A DNA stretch of 64,000 nucleotides. It comes from Desulfatiglandales bacterium (lineage in GTDB: Bacteria > Desulfobacterota > DSM-4660 > Desulfatiglandales > HGW-15). The notes under the pieces are model-generated. The model did no database searches. It was not told the origin of the DNA and saw only the letters and a program-made list of their open reading frames with translations. This document shows positions 60,099 to 64,000 of this stretch, in pieces (positions within the stretch are counted from its first letter, which is position 1; every line of letters starts with the position of its first letter). The stretch spans positions 3,072,001-3,136,000 of the forward strand of contig CAXXJJ010000004.1 in the NCBI GenBank assembly GCA_963667015.2, written 5' to 3'. The translations under genes and the position numbers were made by a program.

Positions 60099-61961
60099 TT
60101 ATTCTAACTCGTCTACTAATCCCAGTTCCTCCAGCTTCTCCCTGGTGGGCATGCCTGTATTTATATCCCAGCCTCTTGCTGCATAGTATTCATCCAGCAT
60201 CAGATTCAGTTCATCTCTGCTGATATAATTACCACCGGACACACCACCCTTTATCGGTTCTGTTAAAATTCTTTCGGGAAGATTATCATCCTCACGTCCC
60301 ATACCCTCACGTGCATTAAACAACTTTGCCATGTTGTTTATTCTCTCTCCTACCCTTTCGACCTCTTCAGGGGTAAACCCGATACCTGTCACTGCCTCCA
60401 TCAGATTGGCTGTATTTCTTGTGGCAACTGCAGGCACGGCCATATCAAGCAAAAATGCGCACATTGTAGGGGCATCGCATGTGGCAGACCTTACATCCTG
60501 GTTCCATTTTGTGAGCTTCCCCTTTCCTTTCACAGAGAACCTGTCCACCTGCTCAGGTATGGGTATTCCAAAAATCTCCTGAAATGCATATCCCCTGTTA
60601 TGGTCTGCCCCTGTATAGGATGTTGCATAGTTCAAGCCATGAGCCTTTGCGCCACGCACATCATAACCGGGGAGCTCAAGGCCCTTTACATGCATGGCAT
60701 ATTTTTTTGTATCCTTACCTATCCTCTCTGCGGCAATTCTTGAACCATCAGCCAGGATATCACCGAAGCCTTCCCTGTATGCCATCATCCTCAGCATATC
60801 AACCATTGCCCTGTGGTTTCCGAATTTCAGTTCTATTCCGCCTGTGTCTTCGGCACTGATTATTCCCTTTTCGTATAACTCCATGGCAAAGGCTATGGTC
60901 GCTCCTGCCGAGATGGTATCGATTCCTAGTTCATCAGATATCCTGTCTGCAGCAATAATAGCATCTATATTGTCCACACCCGTGGTTCCGCCAAAGGAAT
61001 ACATTGTTTCAAATTCAGGTCCTTCTGCCATAATGCCGGAATATTCACCTGTCTTTGCAAGCTTCAGCTGGCTGCATCCTACCGGGCATCCATAACAGTG
61101 TTCACTTCCCATATTTCGGGTCAACTGGGTTTCGACACCTATCTTATCAACCGGAACAAACACACCGGTTTCTTCAAAGTTTTTTCCGGGGAATATGCCC
61201 AGACCGCTCAGGGCATCAACAACCATGGGTGTTCCAAGTTTTGAAAACTGGGGGTATAGAACAGGGCTCTCCTTCATCTCCTTTGCCATAAAATCCCTGG
61301 CAGTTTTCAGTTTTTCCTTTGATGCAATATTTACAGATCCCGTACCCCTGACTGCAATTGCCTTGAGATTTTTAGAACCCATAACCGCGCCAAGTCCCTT
61401 CCTGCCCGCGGCCCTCAGTTCGTTAATAATGCATGCCAGCTTACTGAGATTCTCACCCGCTGGGCCGATACATGCTATCCTTGTGTTCTGGTCATTTAAC
61501 TCATTTTTGATGATCTGCTGGGTGTCGGTTGTCTTCATGCCCCAGACTTTTTCCGCATTTCTGAATCTTATATTGTCGTCCTTAATAGACAGGTAAACAG
61601 GTTTTTCCGATTTCCCTTCTATAATCATGACATCATAGCCGGCAAACTTGAGTTCTACCGGAAAATATCCTCCGGTAAGCGACATGCCGACTGCGCCTGT
61701 AAGAGGGGATTTGCCTGTAATTGCCATGCGGCTCGCACACGGAACAGATGTACCGGAAAGGGGTCCAGGGGCAAATATCAGCTTATTTTCAGGCCCAAGG
61801 GGATCCGCGCCTTTTTTAACTTCACTGTACAAAAGTTTGATGCCAAAACCTGCGCCGCCGATAAATGTCCTTGCAAGCTTTTCAGGTAGATCCTCTGTTT
61901 TGACTGACTGGTCTGAGAGATTGATCCTCAATATTTTACCGGAATATCCTCCTCTAAACAT
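60099..61961 (-). CDS. aor: Aldehyde:ferredoxin oxidoreductase (W-containing family)
   Basis: KSPLTG, CIGPAGE, GAVMGSKNLKA, GPEFET, DTIS, YYAARGWD. Confidence 0.92.
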   Translation of the reverse strand: MFRGGYSGKILRINLSDQSVKTEDLPEKLARTFIGGAGFGIKLLYSEVKKGADPLGPENKLIFAPGPLSGTSVPCASRMAITGKSPLTGAVGMSLTGGYFPVELKFAGYDVMIIEGKSEKPVYLSIKDDNIRFRNAEKVWGMKTTDTQQIIKNELNDQNTRIACIGPAGENLSKLACIINELRAAGRKGLGAVMGSKNLKAIAVRGTGSVNIASKEKLKTARDFMAKEMKESPVLYPQFSKLGTPMVVDALSGLGIFPGKNFEETGVFVPVDKIGVETQLTRNMGSEHCYGCPVGCSQLKLAKTGEYSGIMAEGPEFETMYSFGGTTGVDNIDAIIAADRISDELGIDTISAGATIAFAMELYEKGIISAEDTGGIELKFGNHRAMVDMLRMMAYREGFGDILADGSRIAAERIGKDTKKYAMHVKGLELPGYDVRGAKAHGLNYATSYTGADHNRGYAFQEIFGIPIPEQVDRFSVKGKGKLTKWNQDVRSATCDAPTMCAFLLDMAVPAVATRNTANLMEAVTGIGFTPEEVERVGERINNMAKLFNAREGMGREDDNLPERILTEPIKGGVSGGNYISRDELNLMLDEYYAARGWDINTGMPTREKLEELGLVDELE

Positions 61962-62115
61962 TTTACCCTCCTTAAAGACTAGTAAAGTTTTTCAGCAATG
62001 AAGAAAAATAAAAAAGAATAAAGAATATTTCCCGGGGCAGGATTTTCATGAAGAGAGCTAGAGAGCAGAGATAGAAAACGGTGGGGGACAGGCCCCCACA
62101 TATTTCTTTATGGCT

Positions 62116-62553
62116 TTACCGGGACTGCGAGCCTATGAGTTCCAGATAAATATTGGTTTCAACGGATTTCAGTCCTTCAAATTCACCCACAACCGTACGC
62201 ATAAATTCCGAGAATTCCTCTGTGGATTTAAAAACCGCCATTGATGTAAGATTGTATCTTCCTGTAACAGTCCATACACTCCTGACATTCGGATGCTTGA
62301 TGAGTTCCTTTGTGACATGTTCGATCATCTTCTGATCAAGTTCCATCTGTATCCCGACAATGAAGGAATAACCCAGTTTTTTAAGGTCAGGAATAGCAAC
62401 AATCTTGATAACGCCTTCCTGAATAAGCCTTCTGGTCCTCCTCCTGATCGTTGTGGAACTGATGTCCAGACTCTTTGCCAGAGCATCACTACTGACTCTG
62501 GCATCTTTCTCCAATTCCTTGATTAATGCTAGATCTATCTCATCCAATAACAT
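62116..62553 (-). CDS. Lrp/AsnC transcriptional regulator
   Basis: LDEIDLALI..L..DAR HTH; VTGRYN. Confidence 0.9.
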   Translation of the reverse strand: MLLDEIDLALIKELEKDARVSSDALAKSLDISSTTIRRRTRRLIQEGVIKIVAIPDLKKLGYSFIVGIQMELDQKMIEHVTKELIKHPNVRSVWTVTGRYNLTSMAVFKSTEEFSEFMRTVVGEFEGLKSVETNIYLELIGSQSR

Positions 62554-62732
62554 ACCCCACCTCCATTTCAGGCTGATTTGAGTCCCCGTATTTAGATTCA
62601 GTCCAAATCTTCTAATAATATATATATGTTAGAATACTTTAGCAAGGATTAAGATTAATCCTTTTATTTTATGCCATATATCTCTTACGATATAAAGCGC
62701 CTCGCCAGGATATCCCGCACAGGATTCATGGA

Positions 62733-63044
62733 TTATTTCAAAATTTCGCTGATCTGAAAGAAGGGTTTCAGGTCGGTAAAATTCTTTAAATCGGCAGCCA
62801 GGTCTGCATCGTGAGCCTGGGTACCTTTTTGGAAGTCTTCAAGGGAATTAAAAACCATATGGGCCATAGTAACAAAGGGGGCCGACTCACCGGGCCCGCC
62901 GCCGGCTACCCCCTTATCCACTTCTACCCTTACAAGGCCATAGGGTTTCAGAAGTTTTTCCGCAAAAGGGATATGGGAATTCAGATAGTATTCCATATCA
63001 AATTTACCATCACCTGCCGGATATAAAACTGTGGCCTTTATCAT
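62733..63044 (-). CDS. EthD-family protein
   Basis: VLYP..FDMEYY..HIP, D..NFTD..P..QISE. Confidence 0.85.
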   Translation of the reverse strand: MIKATVLYPAGDGKFDMEYYLNSHIPFAEKLLKPYGLVRVEVDKGVAGGGPGESAPFVTMAHMVFNSLEDFQKGTQAHDADLAADLKNFTDLKPFFQISEILK

Positions 63045-63080
63045 CTCTCTTCTCCTGTATAAATATTGTTTTCCGGGACC

Positions 63081-63977
63081 TTACCCTTTAGCCGTATCTT
63101 CCTTATATCCTGCCGGGGCAGCCTCTGCCAGCGAGCCTGTTCCTATTACAACAGGCATCAACAGATGCGGTCTCTCAAATTTCTTCCATGTAAGAGGTCC
63201 GTGCTTAAGGGATTTTGGTGCAAATATTGCCGTTGTGGTATTAAAAAGAAGGGGCTGATCATTGATACAGAATTCAATTTCAGCACCCAGGACTTCGGGA
63301 TTTTCAGGATCATTCCCAATAAGCAATACAACCTCCTCATAATCATGGGAGTGGTCCGGGATTGGAGGGTTGAGCCCAGGCATGCCCGGTATCCAGCCGA
63401 AATCCACATATACATTACTTTCCGGGACAAGCTCACTGCTCATATATATCTGTGCAGGGCTTTCCATTGCCTCGGTTACATCCGTACCCTGAAGAATCAG
63501 TGGTTTTCTTACCACATACTTTTCATAGTCCACATCATCGGTTTTTTCAGGAAGGCCCTGACTGCCCCCTGCATTATTTAACCATCCCAACCTGTTCTTC
63601 TCATGCCCAAGGATAATTGATATCTCAAGATGGGGGCGTTTAAAACTCTTCCAGACGGCCGGGCCGTGTTTTACCCCCTTTTTTATATACAAGGCAGATG
63701 TAGTATTAAGCTTTATGGACTGACCGCCAAGATAATACTCTATCTCTCCGCCAAGGTCTTCCAGGTTAAAGGGGTCGCTTCCCACAAAAAAAACTATCTT
63801 GTCATAATTATATGTGTGTTCAAAAATATGAGGATTCGGCTCCGGTATTTCGTATATCCAGCTGATATCTATGTGCTTGTTACAACCTTCAACAAGATCG
63901 TTGCTCATATATGTCATTACAGGAGCGCTTCGCCCGTTGACATTTTCCCCGGTCTCCCTCAGGGGATGGTTTACCAT
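63081..63977 (-). CDS. Hypothetical protein with two tandem cupin-like domains
   Basis: Repeated H.H/Y.Y....GxDP...LG.EIE...KHGP..WK. Confidence 0.65.
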   Translation of the reverse strand: MVNHPLRETGENVNGRSAPVMTYMSNDLVEGCNKHIDISWIYEIPEPNPHIFEHTYNYDKIVFFVGSDPFNLEDLGGEIEYYLGGQSIKLNTTSALYIKKGVKHGPAVWKSFKRPHLEISIILGHEKNRLGWLNNAGGSQGLPEKTDDVDYEKYVVRKPLILQGTDVTEAMESPAQIYMSSELVPESNVYVDFGWIPGMPGLNPPIPDHSHDYEEVVLLIGNDPENPEVLGAEIEFCINDQPLLFNTTTAIFAPKSLKHGPLTWKKFERPHLLMPVVIGTGSLAEAAPAGYKEDTAKG

Positions 63978-64000
63978 ATATTTTTCATAATTTATTTCGG

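Overview
Chromosomal window from an anaerobe. The gene content (GlcD/F-type dehydrogenase, MttB, AOR, multiheme cytochrome, PEP-CTERM, sigma-54 promoters) suggests Desulfobacterota/Deltaproteobacteria; this is an inference. Most of the window is ordinary metabolic and envelope genes. The exception is an AT-rich island at about 16.4-27.2 kb: an integron gene-cassette array with at least 7 recognisable attC sites, a candidate attI and no integrase in the window. Two kinds of element have invaded it. (i) A CL1/IIB-type group II intron without an endonuclease domain sits in the sense orientation inside the R' core site of an attC; its predicted EBS1 and EBS2 pair with the attC R' and L' boxes, unlike the known antisense IIC-attC introns. 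(ii) Two near-identical 1109-bp HUH/Y1 transposase elements carry 26-bp sub-terminal inverted repeats and stuttered outer junctions; one of them cuts an attC. Also present: IS91-like remnants flanking three redox genes, an ISAzo13-family element in a GST gene, a second orphan cassette near 36.7-37.4 kb and a large secreted GH9 protein. All family calls come from motif recognition, not database searches.
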